A DNA stretch of 63,551 nucleotides, filler included, from Octopus bimaculoides (Eukaryota): NCBI RefSeq assembly GCF_001194135.2. It is 5 parts of 4 records of this genome, joined end to end, with 100 filler letters (N's around TTAATTAATTAA, not from the genome) between each part and the next. Parts side by side here need not be neighbours in the genome. Positions count along the whole stretch, not along the records: positions 1 to 26,613 come from NC_068983.1; positions 26,714 to 45,989 come from NC_068987.1; 3 more parts are not named here. One strand, 5' to 3'. Below, piece by piece: positions 25,861 through 39,429 of this stretch. The translations under genes and the position numbers were made by a program. Positions within the stretch are counted from its first letter, which is position 1; every line of letters begins with the position of its first letter. The notes beneath the pieces are model-generated. The model ran no database searches. It worked only from the letters and a program-made list of their open reading frames with translations, and had not been told where the DNA came from.

Positions 25861-26129
25861 ACCACTCTAACTGTGGACCTGTGAATAAGAGAAAGGGAAT
25901 TGGACAGGGGACTTGCATTTGGTGTTCAGGGAGATCTTCGACAGCAGATTTTTTTCGATTATCTCTAGAGATCCTCCTGTACCAGTAACACCAAATAACC
26001 ATGATCTTCTTTCTTGCTGTTTTATAATATGTATACTTCCATCCGCCGACAATGTATGTCTGTTCCTCTCACTCATCGCCCCGGAGGCAAATGAAAAAAA
26101 ATAATGATTATTATTTTAATGGTATTATT

Positions 26130-26320
26130 TAAGTGATCAGCTGGCAGAATCGTATACGTGCTGAACAAAATGCTCAGCAGCATTTCATCCATCTTTATAT
26201 ACTGAGTTCAAAATATGCTTGTGTTGACTTAGCGATTAAATAGATATCAGTTGAGCACTGGGGTCGAAATAGTCAACCTACCCACTTCTCTTAAATTCCT
26301 CTCCTTGTGCTCAACACTGA
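26130..26320 (+). mobile_element. SINE family B copy (partial)
   Basis: agctggcagaatcgt...tgagttcaaaa...gcactggggtcgaaatagtcaac. Confidence 0.7.
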
Positions 26321-26323
26321 AAC

Positions 26324-26325
<2 letters not shown>

Positions 26326-26408
<83 letters not shown>

Positions 26409-26409
26409 G
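26326..26409. repeat. (TTA)n microsatellite
   Basis: Read directly. Confidence 0.95.
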
Positions 26410-26613
26410 TTCAGTAGTTTTATTTTTATAACGTGCTTTCACTTCACTACCGAGCGCAGCTCTGTGCGCCTTGGGTATGTGCTGTGGTTTGCTGTGGTGC
26501 TCTTATGTTTACTGTATTGAAAGTGTTTTGCGTAGAATGTGTGCAGTACCCAGTAGTGCAATTTTCTGTATGTTATATATATTTGTAAGTCCTGGTGTTT
26601 TTGTTATGTATTT

Positions 26614-26713
26614 NNNNNNNNNNNNNNNNNNNNNNNNNNNNNNNNNNNNNNNNNNNNTTAATTAATTAANNNNNNNNNNNNNNNNNNNNNNNNNNNNNNN
26701 NNNNNNNNNNNNN
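26614..26713. other. Assembly spacer 44N-TTAATTAATTAA-44N (also 45990-46089, 50936-51035, 53161-53260)
   Basis: The same 100-bp construct occurs four times, and the 12-mer has stops in all six frames. Confidence 0.95.
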
Positions 26714-26761
<48 letters not shown>

Positions 26762-28045
26762 TTGGGTGAGACAGAGAGAACATTATTTAGTTGTGCATGA
26801 TGGGTTTATATAAGTACAACGTGAGATTCCCTCGTGGCCATGACATTTAAAAATACAAACACACATCATGTAATAGCCACATGGGAAACATAATTTTCAA
26901 GGCATGAGAATGTAGTAATATCAACGAAGATCCATAAGTTTATATGCAGACTTGTAGACGCAGGCTTGGTCGCGTGGTTACGGAGTTCGATTCCTAATCG
27001 TAAGTTCTTTATTTCGATCTCACTATAGCTGAATTTTACATTGTGTGTGTTAGTGTAAAAAAAGCAATATACAAACTCCATTACAACGTTACTGAATATC
27101 CCATGATCATGTAGATGTATACTTATTATGCACAAGGGATTACATATATACGTAAATGCATACATTCATATACACATGCGTATGTGTGTATATGCATATG
27201 TGTGCGTGTGTGCGCGAGCGCGTGTTTTACTTCAGCTAACCTGACTTTATTTGATTTATCACTAAACAAATTATGTATGAAAATGACGCCATGGTCTTCA
27301 AACGGTAAATTTAATATGTAAGCACTTACCCAGATTATAATCATCACAAGATTTTTAATCGAAATTCCTTGAAATTAAGTAATTCGTGTAATATTAAATT
27401 CGCCGAAACCTTAGTAAAAATATATAGTAGAAATTTTAATCACATATCTAGTTCGCATATTTCTCCTATACGTAGGTTAATATTTCATCCTCCTTTCCAC
27501 TTAATAGAAACTTTCATTCAAAGCATCTCACTATCACACCAGGAGGCTATGCCAGGCTACTGGAGAATTTTTTAAAACAATATATTCCTAGTATATTCAT
27601 AGTTTTAAGATGATATGACAAAACCTTATCCAAATATAATCGGAGCTTACACGACGAAAAAGCACTACTTTCAGATCGATTCTTACATCATTGAACGTAT
27701 ATTCATATATGCATACGGAACACAGAGATGTAATCCTTGCTTCACCGATAATATTCATATTTTGTTAAATTATCTTGATGCTGTCGATAAAAGAATCCTA
27801 ATTTAGAAATTCTTCCGAATTTTGTGATAATCTGGAGTTGCGGGATGAACGGAAACACGAAATTCTGAGCAGTCGTAACAAACAGCAAACTTGGCTTTAA
27901 AATAATGGCTTTTTGTATGGAATACTTGTTCTTCTCGTTTATATATTCAGATGTGTATGTGTAAATATATATGCAAATGCATATGTGCGTGTGCGTATTT
28001 TATAGATAGATAGATAGAGAGAGGGAGAGAAATGTAGATATACGT

Positions 28046-28113
<68 letters not shown>

Positions 28114-28709
28114 ATGTATTGTAGTTATATTTGCATACATGCAAATATATATACATATACATACATATGCACATATACTTACATACATACATATACATAC
28201 ATATCTATATTCCATACTCGTACAAACACACACACACACGCACACACACACATTCATATATGTATACATATATGGAAGGAAGGAAGAAAGGAAGAAAGGA
28301 AGAAAGAAAGAAAGAAAGAAAGAAAGGAAAGAAGGAAGAAAGGAAGGAAGAAAGAAAGAAAGACCAGCATACAATTACTTATGAAAAATACGATGAGTAA
28401 GCGACACATCTTTTAAATATTATCGAGCATATTAACTAAAGTACTGAAGAATTGTTTGTCTGCAGGTAAACTACCTGTCTGTAGAATGAATGTAGAACTG
28501 GTAATCACCAGGCAAAACTAATCGAGTTGTTTTGTTTTACTTTCCGTCGGGTTTATGTGTATGGACGTATGTGTGTATGTGTGAGAATAAATCACCATGT
28601 GTGTAAAAATTTAACTTCTATAATTTCATGTGTGTAACATTCTTTGTATTACAGAAAATTCTTTTCATGACAAAGTATTATGGATTAGAAGCAAACTTGT
28701 TGGTAATAA

Positions 28710-28880
28710 TGGTTTCAAATTTAGGCACAAAGCCAGCAATTTCGGGTTGAGGGGGAGAGGCTAAGTCGATTACATCGACCCCAGTGCTCAACTAGTACTT
28801 ATTTTATCGACCCCGAAAGGATGAAAGGCAAAGTCGACCTCGGCGACATTTGATCCCAGAGTGTAAAGACGGACGAAACG
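28710..28880 (-). mobile_element. SINE family B copy, truncated where the adjacent LINE begins
   Basis: gtcgattacatcgaccccagtgctcaact...ccccgaaaggatgaaaggcaaagtcgacctcgg. Confidence 0.85.
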
Positions 28881-29443
28881 ATTGGGAGCTCTGTGGAAAT
28901 CACAGCCTACGAAGAGCAAAGACGTGGTATGAGCAAATCCCAGGAGTCACTGAAAATGAGAATTGCAAAATCCTATGGGATGCAATGAGCCAGTGCGATC
29001 ACCTGACCAGACATCGGAAACCGAACATAGTTGTGGTGAATAAAAAAAGAAAGAACATGTATAATAATCGACATAGCATGCCCAGGTGACAACAGGATCA
29101 ATGTGAAAGAAGTAGAAAAAATAAACAATTATGACGATTTGAAGTGGGAAATACGAAGGCTGTGGTCAATGAAGAGAGTAGACGTGATACCATTAGTAAT
29201 TGGTGCACTTGGAAGTATCAGCACTCAACTACCAACATAGCTGAAAAAGATTGGTGCAAGTGTGAAGGTAGAACACGTGCAAAAATCAACATTGCTTGGA
29301 ACTGCAAGAATTCTTCGCAAGGTTCTTCAAGCATGACCAGTAAACAAATGTTACTTTAGTCTGCTGGTTGTGGACAGCTGACACTTTCCATCATACCCAA
29401 CAAAAAAAGCTGTGTGTTTTCATATAATAACAACAACAACAAC

Positions 29444-29494
<51 letters not shown>
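28881..29494 (+). mobile_element. 5'-truncated R4/Dong-like non-LTR retrotransposon (RLE domain) ending in (AAC)n(AAT)n
   Basis: WYEQIP..ENENCKILWD...RKPNIVVVNK...CPGDNRINVKEVEKINNYDDLKWEIRRLW...IPLVIGALG...LLGTARILRKVL* is a PD-(D/E)xK restriction-like endonuclease pattern. Confidence 0.85.
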
Positions 29495-29499
29495 TTCTA

Positions 29500-29703
29500 C
29501 AATAGGCACAAGGCTTGAAATTTGGCGGGAGAGGACTAGTCGATTACATCGGCCTCAGTGTTTCATTGGTACTTAATTTGTCGACCTCGAAAGGACAAAA
29601 GGCAAAACTGACCGCGGTGGAATTTGAACTCAGAACATAAAGACGGACGAAATGCCGCTTAGCATTTTGCCCGGCGTGCTAACGATTCAGCCAGCTCGCT
29701 CCA
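29500..29703 (-). mobile_element. SINE family B copy
   Basis: Full head-to-core match ending in ...aacgattcagccagctcgc. Confidence 0.85.
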
Positions 29704-29729
29704 CTACTTCTGGTTAATAATGGCTCCTA

Positions 29730-30125
29730 CCTTTTGCCTTTTACTTGTTTCAGTTACTGGACTACGGCCATGCTGGGACACTGCCTTGAAGGCTTTGGGG
29801 TTTTCGTCGACCAGATCAACCCCGGTACTTATTTTTTAAGCTTAATACTTATTCTATCGGTCTCTTTTGCCGACCCGCTAATTCAGTTGGACGTAAACAA
29901 AATAACACCGATTGTCAAGTAGTAGGTAAGGGACAAACACAAACACAAAAACAAACACACACACACATACAACGGGCTTCCACATAGTTTCCGTCCACCA
30001 AATTTATTCACGAGACGTTGGTCACATAGGGCTATTGTGGAAGACACTCACCGAAAGTGCTGCGTAGTGGAACTGAACCTGAAACAACGTCGTATCAAAA
30101 GAAGCCACTTAACCACACACTCATT
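29730..30125 (-). mobile_element. SINE family C (bipartite, internal microsatellite)
   Basis: Reverse complement of the gtgtggttaag...gaagcccgt head and ...ccagcatggccgtag tail. Confidence 0.75.
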
Positions 30126-30639
30126 CCTACACCTAACGTGATTAATCCTTTATTTTCTGGTTACGAAATTTTCAATCAATTTTGAGTTCGTGGCTTGGAA
30201 TTACTTACTTAGTTCCTTTAAGAACTGGTATGTAGAATCACAGAACATTTTAGCAAATTTTTTTCATAAGATACAATTTGTGCATCTTATCTCCTTTATA
30301 TCGTTGTATGGTGCTCAGAATGTCCGATTCTGCGGCGCTCAGATCGACAAAAGTATTCAAGCAGATATTGATTGTTCAAAACGAGTTGTCACATATTCTC
30401 GTACAGTCTCCAGCAATAGCAGTAATAACTTTTAGCATGAGAATGATTGTTCTTCTCCCACTACACCTGTCAAAAAAAAAAAAGGACCTGCTATTTTATG
30501 TGTCTTCGCGAAATTGGGGGAAATTATTTTCAAATTGTGACTTTAAATTGTCTTACACTGTGTAAATTCTTCAGTTATCTCTGTCGGATTATTTTTGTAC
30601 AAAGATATATGAGAGTTGAGTGATGGAAATCATGGCAGA

Positions 30640-30900
30640 AGTTTGTTGACACTTTTATTGCTCTCTTTTATGGCAGCTGTTGGCTAATTTTGAATGGACT
30701 GGCATCACAGGAGTTGGAATAAAAGTAATTATCCGTGACAATCGTTTTTGGACAACGAAAATTGCCTGTTGACGGAGCTGTTTAGCCGTGATGTGGTTCA
30801 AGTTTGGGTAAAGATCGTCCCAATAAGTCATAAATTGCTTCAAATAGCTGATAGAAATATTTTCTAGGTCTTTCTAAACATACCAAAGTAGATCTTGGTA
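30640..30900 (-). mobile_element. Possible N-terminal relic of an RLE-type LINE ORF
   Basis: SYLKQFMTYWDDLYPNLNHITAKQLRQQA resembles, from memory, the N-terminal region of R4/NeSL-type ORFs. Confidence 0.35.
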
Positions 30901-30985
30901 TAGAGTAGAATGACTAAGTAAAGCACAAACAATATTTACTCCATATTACAGGGCTCAGAGATTTGATAACAAAAAGTGTACCCTT

Positions 30986-31139
30986 AGACATGGCTGTGTG
31001 GTAAGAAGCTTTCTTCCCAACCACATGGTTCCGGGTTCATCCCAATGCGTGGCACCTTGGGCAGGTGTCTTCTACTATAGCCTCTGGCCGACCAAAGCCT
31101 TGTTAGTAGATTTGGTAGATGGAAACTGAAAGAAGCCGG

Positions 31140-31171
<32 letters not shown>

Positions 31172-31490
31172 NNNNNNNNNNNNNNNNNNNNNNNNNNNNN
31201 NNNNNNNNNNNNNNNNNNNNNNNNNNNNNNNNNNNNNNNNNNNNNNNNTATATATATGCATTATGTATGTATATATCGATGTGTGGGGGTGTCTTTGTGT
31301 CTGTACCGGTTGACAACCGATGTTGGTGTGTTTACGTCCCCATTACTTAGCAGTTCGGCATAAAAGCCCGATAGGATAAGTACCAGGTTTTAAAAAATAA
31401 ATCCTTGAGTCGATCTGTTCGACTAAAACACTTGAAGGCGGTGCCCCAGCATGGCTACAGTCGAATGGATGACACAAGTAAAAGAAAAAA
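30986..31490 (+). mobile_element. SINE family C with internal (TA)n and gap
   Basis: ggctgtgtggtaagaagctttcttcccaaccacatggttccgggttc head; ...gcggtgccccagcatggct tail. Confidence 0.85.
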
Positions 31491-31861
31491 GAAAAGAAAA
31501 AGAAACAGTCATATCCACTTAAGTATTATTTTCTTTATAACACTCGTATATAATATTTTGGTGTGGATATTAATGTATTTTTATAAATCTTAGCTATAGT
31601 CATAAAAATGATGAAAACTATTTTTTTTAATTCACTCTCAACACAAAACTGTTGAATAAAACATGCTTCCCTTATATATAAAAGAAAAAAATCTTGTCAT
31701 TCATCTGGAATGTCGATGTAATCGTAATGGAAAGCAATGGGCATTGTAATTACAGTTGTGGAAAAAAATAAACATAATCATTATTGTAATTATTGTGAAA
31801 GCTGTCTGTCTGTAACATCTGGTCTATTTCGCAACTCTTACCCCCACCACTCTTTCTTTCA

Positions 31862-31894
<33 letters not shown>

Positions 31895-32516
31895 GCTCGC
31901 TCTTTCCCTTAATATGTGTGCATGTATGTATGTACGTATGTCTGTACGTATGCGAGTGTTGGGGTACACAGACACATAATTCTCAACATAGTCGTTAAAG
32001 ACATTAAGCTGCCACTTTCGAAAATAAAATATTTCTTCTTTAAAAAAAAAAAGTTTATAACAAAATGGAAACAAAACGATGAATCTCCGTCCTATAATTT
32101 CTCTTTAGAAAACTGGTGAACAAATATTTGTTTTACTTTGCTAAATTTTAGTAAGTTGCATTCTTGATAATAAGACATGCCATCTGTTTATCGATGTAGC
32201 TACCATTGTTTTCTCACCTAATACACAAGTAACCTAAACGAATCACAAGCACTCGCCTCTTCAGTTTCCTCCATTCCATCATTTCAGAAAATAATCAAAT
32301 GACTCTTTCGTCACACACCCTCTGACCTCTTCAACGGCCCTCCACCCCACGTGTCTCCTCCTGCTTCTTAAAGCCATCTTTATTTTAATTCCATTATTGA
32401 ACAGTTTTGAAGAACATGCACTAGAGGATTTCATAGGCATCCCAATTATGAAAATATTAAGTTCTCTAAAACTATTGTATACACAAATATTGTTTTCTAC
32501 TCTAGGAACAAGACCA

Positions 32517-32846
32517 GTCGATTAGATCGACACCAGTACGCAACTGGTACTTAACTTATCGACCCCGAAAGGATGAAAGGCAAAGTCGACCTCGGCAGAA
32601 TTTGAACTCAGAACGTAACTGCAGACGAAATACCTATTTCTTTACTGCCCACAAGGGGCTACACACAGAGGGGACAAACAAGGACAGCCAAACGGATTAA
32701 GTCGATTATATTGACCCCAGTGCGTAACTGGTACTTAATTTATCGACCCCGAAAGGATGAAAGGCAAAGTCGACCTCGGCGGAATTTGAACTCAGAACGC
32801 AGTGGCAGACGAAATACCGCTAAGCATTTCGCCCGGTGTGCTAACG
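32517..32846 (-). repeat. Head-to-tail tandem of SINE family B units (about 184-bp period) running into a gap
   Basis: gtcgatta...gcagacgaaatacc repeats at 32517 and 32701. Confidence 0.85.
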
Positions 32847-34029
32847 NNNNNNNNNNNNNNNNNNNNNNNNNNNNNNNNNNNNNNNNNNNNNNNNNNNNNN
32901 NNNNNNNNNNNNNNNNNNNNNNNNNNNNNNNNNNNNNNNNNNNNNNNNNNNNNNNNNNNNNNNNNNNNNNNNNNNNNNNNNNNNNNNNNNNNNNNNNNNN
33001 NNNNNNNNNNNNNNNNNNNNNNNNNNNNNNNNNNNNNNNNNNNNNNNNNNNNNNNNNNNNNNNNNNNNNNNNNNNNNNNNNNNNNNNNNNNNNNNNNNNN
33101 NNNNNNNNNNNNNNNNNNNNNNNNNNNNNNNNNNNNNNNNNNNNNNNNNNNNNNNNNNNNNNNNNNNNNNNNNNNNNNNNNNNNNNNNNNNNNNNNNNNN
33201 NNNNNNNNNNNNNNNNNNNNNNNNNNNNNNNNNNNNNNNNNNNNNNNNNNNNNNNNNNNNNNNNNNNNNNNNNNNNNNNNNNNNNNNNNNNNNNNNNNNN
33301 NNNNNNNNNNNNNNNNNNNNNNNNNNNNNNNNNNNNNNNNNNNNNNNNNNNNNNNNNNNNNNNNNNNNNNNNNNNNNNNNNNNNNNNNNNNNNNNNNNNN
33401 NNNNNNNNNNNNNNNNNNNNNNNNNNNNNNNNNNNNNNNNNNNNNNNNNNNNNNNNNNNNNNNNNNNNNNNNNNNNNNNNNNNNNNNNNNNNNNNNNNNN
33501 NNNNNNNNNNNNNNNNNNNNNTGTCTGTGATTTGTTATACATATTGCACGTAGAAATAAAAACAGTTCAAAACTAATATGTATTTTGATCTGTTAAATGT
33601 TTTCTTTTATTTCAGTATTGTTTCGCCTTCTTTTACTAAATTCTTTCTTGCTTATACTTGCTTATACAAGTTATTACTTATTCCGGGCATAACACAATAG
33701 GTCATGCACCAGTTGATACAACTGTAAAGGAAAACATTTTTGAGGTTGTATATTTAATATTTTCACTTATAGAGAAAAACCCGATTTCAACCTTGAAGCG
33801 AAGATCTTTTATAGGAAATTAGATAACATCAACTGGTAATTACACGTGTCTGGAGATATACGTAAATGTAGATGCATGTATGTCATTGCATGTGAAGACT
33901 TATCTATTCTGACATACATATATGTATGAATATACATATACATATACATATATAGACACACACACAAGCTGGTGTCTCTATGCGTGCGTATATGTACCAA
34001 ATACCTCTGGAATCTTTTACTTAACGGAA

Positions 34030-34640
34030 CTATTTTCATGGTTCCGTTAATGGCGTGTAATTGCCAGTTCCCAATTCATCGCTTTCTTTTTAGTTTTCGA
34101 AGCCTGGCTTCACAAGATTGGTACTTAGGCTTTTTTGTTTCATAACTAAGTGACCCAATAATCACGCTTATAATTTATATTCGTGTGTAGCATCTATAGA
34201 TTTCCCATTCATCCGGAATAGATGTTTTCTTTTATCTTTAATGTTAACGTCTTCCGGAAAATTAATTTCTGTTATTGTACATACTTTTGTTTCTCTATCG
34301 CAGATCATTATGTCTGTTTTATTATGTTTAGAGTCTAACAGAAGTTTTAGTGGAGATATTCCAACAGTATTCTCTCATATAATGAAAAAAGCATAATATT
34401 CACAACATTGTAACTTACATTTTCATGTTCGGAACTACCTTTTGTACGGATTACGCTATGTGATGTTTTGTCCTTGACGTCTTGCCTCACAGGTATAGAG
34501 AACCGTGAGGACATTTTCTGGCAGCCGCTTATGATGTGGATAACGTCTTCGATGTTTAATTCCACCGTCTGCATCATTTTCAATATGTCCATTTACCTAC
34601 CTGTTTTTCTCATTTACACACCAGGTATTTTGTTGTTATT
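34030..34640 (-). mobile_element. RLE-type (NeSL/R4-like) LINE 3' relic: CCHC knuckle and endonuclease
   Basis: IEDVIHIISGCQKMSSR...RQD (CCHC remnant), then HNKTDIMICDRETKVCTITEINFPEDVNIK...IIGSL. Confidence 0.75.
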
Positions 34641-34793
34641 TCAAGTTCCTTCAATGCAAAAGCATACCCTTCAAAGTGAGTGCTATGTCATATTATATTA
34701 CACTGATTTCAAATCTTGGTACAAGGCCAGCAATTTCAGGGGAAAGGTAAGTCGATTACAGAGACTCCAGTGTTCAAACGGTACTTATTTTAC

Positions 34794-34840
<47 letters not shown>

Positions 34841-35139
34841 CGCGCGTGTGCGTGTGTGTGTGTGTGTGTGTGTTTGTGTGTGATAAGATACTGCTTCGCC
34901 ATTTCGATATTTATAACTAATTGTTAAAACCCAAAATGCTTAGCAGTAATCACCATGCTTACTTATACGAGAAACATTTATAAGTTAATAAAAGGGATTA
35001 CTTTATGACTGTTCTTTAGCCATTCGTTAATTGGTGTGCGCGCGAGTGAGTGCGCATACATACTAGCAAACATGCATATATGCATGCATGCATACATACA
35101 TACATACATACATACATAGAAATAAATAAGTAAATAAAT

Positions 35140-35440
35140 GCAGGTGTGACTGTGTGGTAAGAAGCTTGCTTCCCAGCCACATGGTTCCGGGTTCAGTCCC
35201 ACTGTGTGGCACCTTGGGCAAGTGTCTTCTACTATAACTTCGGGCCGACCAAAGACTTGTGAATGGATTTGTTAGACGGAGACTGAAAGAAACCCGTCGA
35301 ATATAGCGGTTCGGCAAAAAGGGAACCGATAGAATAAGTACTAGGCTTACAAAGATTAAGTCCTGGGGTCGATTCGTTCGACTAAAGGCAGTGCTCCAGC
35401 ATGACCGCAGTAAAATGACTGAAACAAGTCGAAGAGAAAA
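35140..35440 (+). mobile_element. SINE family C copy
   Basis: Head and tail joined with almost no internal microsatellite. Confidence 0.85.
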
Positions 35441-35713
35441 AGAGTAAATGAATAAGAAAAACTAAATAAAGGACACGGATACAAACAGTATAGTAAGCAA
35501 ACCCATACACACACAAAAAAAACACACACATACAAAACATATAGACGCGTGCGCGCGCGCTCAGGCATATGGACACAAAAGCATGATCAGATAAGTATAC
35601 ACACCAGAAGAAGACAGAATTGCCTAAATGGGACAGGAAGAGATACTTGGGATGGAGAGCCGCTTAAGAGGTCACAGGATGTGTGACGAAAGATTCCAGA
35701 CAAAGGACACTAA

Positions 35714-35767
<54 letters not shown>

Positions 35768-37439
35768 GCTGAAGTGCAGAACGAGTATATAGTGCGTGTG
35801 GTTATTTGACAAAAAAAAATTGACCGTCGCGAAATATAACTATATTTGTTTCAACACACGATTTAACATCATGAATCTTGCAGAGCAAATATATACACGT
35901 AATATGTGTGTATGCGCGCGTGTATGTAAATATACATGTATATATATTATATTAAACATATATATTATATATACATATATATCATATACATGCGTAAACA
36001 CACACATATGCACATACATATGTACATATGTATATATACATACACATATACATTCATACATGAATACATATATACATGCATATATGCATACATACACGTA
36101 CACACACGCACACAAACATACACACATACATATAACTGCATTAGAATGAGGGGATGTAAGTATTTATAGTGTATGTGTCACAAAGATGACCAAAGGGTTA
36201 GAAACTCGCTATCAGTCACTTGGTTTCGGGTTCAATCTATTGTTTGAATTTCACAATAGTCTTGGAACGCCCCAGGACTTATGAGGTTAAGGGAATATAC
36301 GGAATCTGAATGGACGCCCATTCAACAATCTGTATCTGTACATCAAAAGGTTGGTATTGTTACATGATGTATCACATCGATTCTTCCTAAAGGGGCATCG
36401 ATTTTGCTTGGAATACTCAACCAAATACACTCCAATGAAATGAGTAGGCACTTCAGTTGATCTAAGGGTTTACGGAGACTGTATGGAGTCCTGTCTGACA
36501 GCTACATATGTGGTTCAAAGGGTCAAATTTGATACAGAGTGTCACTCTAGTTTTATCTGATGATACCTAAATTTTACCTGGAATATTCAACCACTTAAAC
36601 CCTAATATATTATAAAGCACTTCTGTTAATCGTCGAGGCTGACGGATGATAATTTTTTACTTTATCTTCAAAGTATCATATAAAAAAAAAAACACCTCGT
36701 TAATAACTTAACGATTGCCACGTTTAGTAAATATATATATTTATATTCTAGCGGAAAGCAATATAAACGCTTTTATTAGCAACGTATCTAAAGAGGAAAT
36801 TTAAGAATATAAAAGGTAAAAAGAAAAATTATTTTTCTAATGATAAAAATATTTCAAAAACAAAAGAAAAAATTGAAAAATTGGAAAATAAGGAAAGAAA
36901 ATAATTCAACATTTATACAATTTTTTTTTCGTTTTTGTTCCCTTTTTGTATAGCTCACCCTCTCACCTCTCTCTCTCTCTCCCTCTCTCTCTCTTTTCTT
37001 TCTTTTCTATGTTACGTGTAATATAGCAAGCAATTAGTAAGCTAATAATAAATCTAGGTTCAATTTATGTTATATAAATAGTTGAAGAACATAGGGGAGA
37101 AATGCAATGTATATGTGCGTGTGTTTTTGGTGTTGCATATGTGTGTGTGCCCGTGCATGAGTGTATGTGTGTTTGCGTGCAACATATATGTGTGATTGTG
37201 AATGTATGTATGTATGTATGCATGCATGTATGTATGTATGTATGTATGCATATGTGTGTGTGTGTACGCTTGCACTTGCAGATGAGGAAATGAATCTGAT
37301 AGATAGATAGATAGATATATAGATAGATAGATAGATAGAAAGACATACAGACAAACAGAAAGACAGGCTGATTGATAGTTTAATGGATCAATGGTCGGAC
37401 GGACAATTATATGTTTATATGATTTTGAGCGAGAAAATG

Positions 37440-37474
<35 letters not shown>

Positions 37475-37620
37475 ATTAAACATTTTTCTTTTTCTAACGT
37501 AATATATACATACACACATGCACATGTACATACATATATACATACACAAATACACATGCACATACATACATATACACTTATACATACAAATACGTGTACA
37601 TATACATATATGTGTGTGTA

Positions 37621-37708
<88 letters not shown>

Positions 37709-38004
37709 CCTGTACATATGTTTGTATAAGCGTGTACATATATATATATATTTGAAAATGAGGGTAGCTACATCAAACTCCGTTCTTCACCAAGTGCCAC
37801 ATATTAGAGGAGGCTCACAATAATAACAGTGTAGCAAAACGGCGGTGCTCCAGCATTGCCGCAGTTCTGAGCTGAAACTACAAAGAAAAAATATACATGT
37901 GTGTATGTATGTATGTAACATTACCCATTAACTCACTATGCTACACTTCTGCACGTACACACACATATGTTCTTGTCCATCTCAAAACATAACATCCCTC
38001 GCCT

Positions 38005-38110
38005 TCATCATCATCATCATCAACATCACCACCACCACCACCACCACCACCACCATCATCATCATCACCATCATCATAATCATAATCATAATCATCGTCA
38101 CCTCCACCAC
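38005..38110. repeat. (CAT/CAC)n microsatellite
   Basis: Read directly; it produces the poly-His ORF. Confidence 0.9.
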
Positions 38111-38599
38111 CGCTATCAACAACAACGCCATCTAATACTAAATCGTATTTTATATGAGTTCTGTGTAAAGAGGACTTTTGCATTATTTTCCCTGCTTTGA
38201 AGCCCCCTATTCCTCGGCAATTTATCGCCATTTTAAAATACAAAAGCTGAACCAGAAATGTACGTCTGCTTTATTGATTTTTCTTTTCTTCTTTTTCTAA
38301 GTACAGAAGATGTAAATTCATATCTTTGTCCTATCCCAACAACGATCAGCCGCTACAATTACATTTCCGCTGCTTATTTAATTCTTCTTGTTTCATTTTT
38401 TTTGTTTTGTTTCTTTTGTACTTTCTGGGTTTTTGTTTTAATTTTCTTGTCCGTCGCCTTTTTTTTTAGTCTCTTTCTCTTCTTCCTCCCTGTACATACA
38501 CCTACATGTGTATGTGTGCGTGCGTATGTATGTATTATGCTTAAATACATATACATATATATGTATATACGCACACACACATCTACGGCTGCGGGTGCA

Positions 38600-38920
38600 G
38601 AAGCGACACCATTTACGAGTGAGGAGAGCTCAGTGGCAGGGTGCGTTGTTGTCGTGAAGAACCCACTTCTTCGTGCTCCACAGATCCGGTCGCTTTCGCC
38701 TAATGTCCTCCCTCAAATGCTTCAAGACGTCATTGATTGTCATCTGGCGATCCTCATGCACAACCTGATGGATTTTTTCCACATTTCCGTGGCTGACCCT
38801 TGTGGCAGGTCTTCCAGCTCGCTCGTCGTCTTTCAAGTACGTTCTCCCGCTTTTGAAGCATCCATGCCAATCGAAACGTTGTTTGTGACCCATTGTACAG
38901 TGTACATTTAAGCACATAAG
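38600..38920 (-). mobile_element. Internally deleted mariner transposase relic
   Basis: WHGCFKSGRTYLKDDERAGRP...VHEDRQMTIND is fused to VLKHLREDIRRKRPDLW...WVLHDNNAPCH (HxDNAPxH motif). Confidence 0.85.
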
Positions 38921-39429
38921 AGGTATCCATCATAGGATTCCTTCACGCTAGAAAGAACAGCTAAGTTCCAAACCACTATTAAGGATAAAATTTCGAAAGG
39001 AATGAAATGAAAAATAAAAACAGTTACCATCTAGTTTCCTGGACAATCGGTTTCTGATTTTTATTTCATTTGCTAAAATAAAAATCAGAAACCAGTAGCC
39101 CAGGAAACCAGATGGTAAGCTCGCATGTACATATATACACACATGCACACACACATATACAGTCACTAGGTGCATACATGGCTGTGTGGTTAAGAAGTTC
39201 TCTTCGTAACAACATAATTTCAGGCTCAATACCATAAAATATACAAATCTGCATATATACATACATACATATAAAAATACCCTGTTGATGTTGTTGAAAT
39301 TCTAATGAAGGAGCCTTGGATCCAGGTTAGAAACCGGCTCTTTCTTTATTGGCAAGAAATCATGAAATAAAACTGAATAATGAAATCATACATTCATACA
39401 TACATACATACATATATAAAATATTTCTT

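Noticed and set aside
26658-26669. TTAATTAATTAA islands inside N-runs (four times)
   Set aside because: A fixed 44N+12+44N scaffolding spacer with six-frame stops; an assembly artefact, not biology.
37967-38200. Poly-histidine ORF
   Set aside because: A (CAT/CAC)n microsatellite with no splice or homology support.
39303-39345. Hammerhead-like ctaatga...agcct/aggtt...gaaaccggctc
   Set aside because: The core is CUAAUGA rather than CUGANGA, there are extra unpaired bases around helix II, and no helix I is evident. It is kept only as a possible relic.
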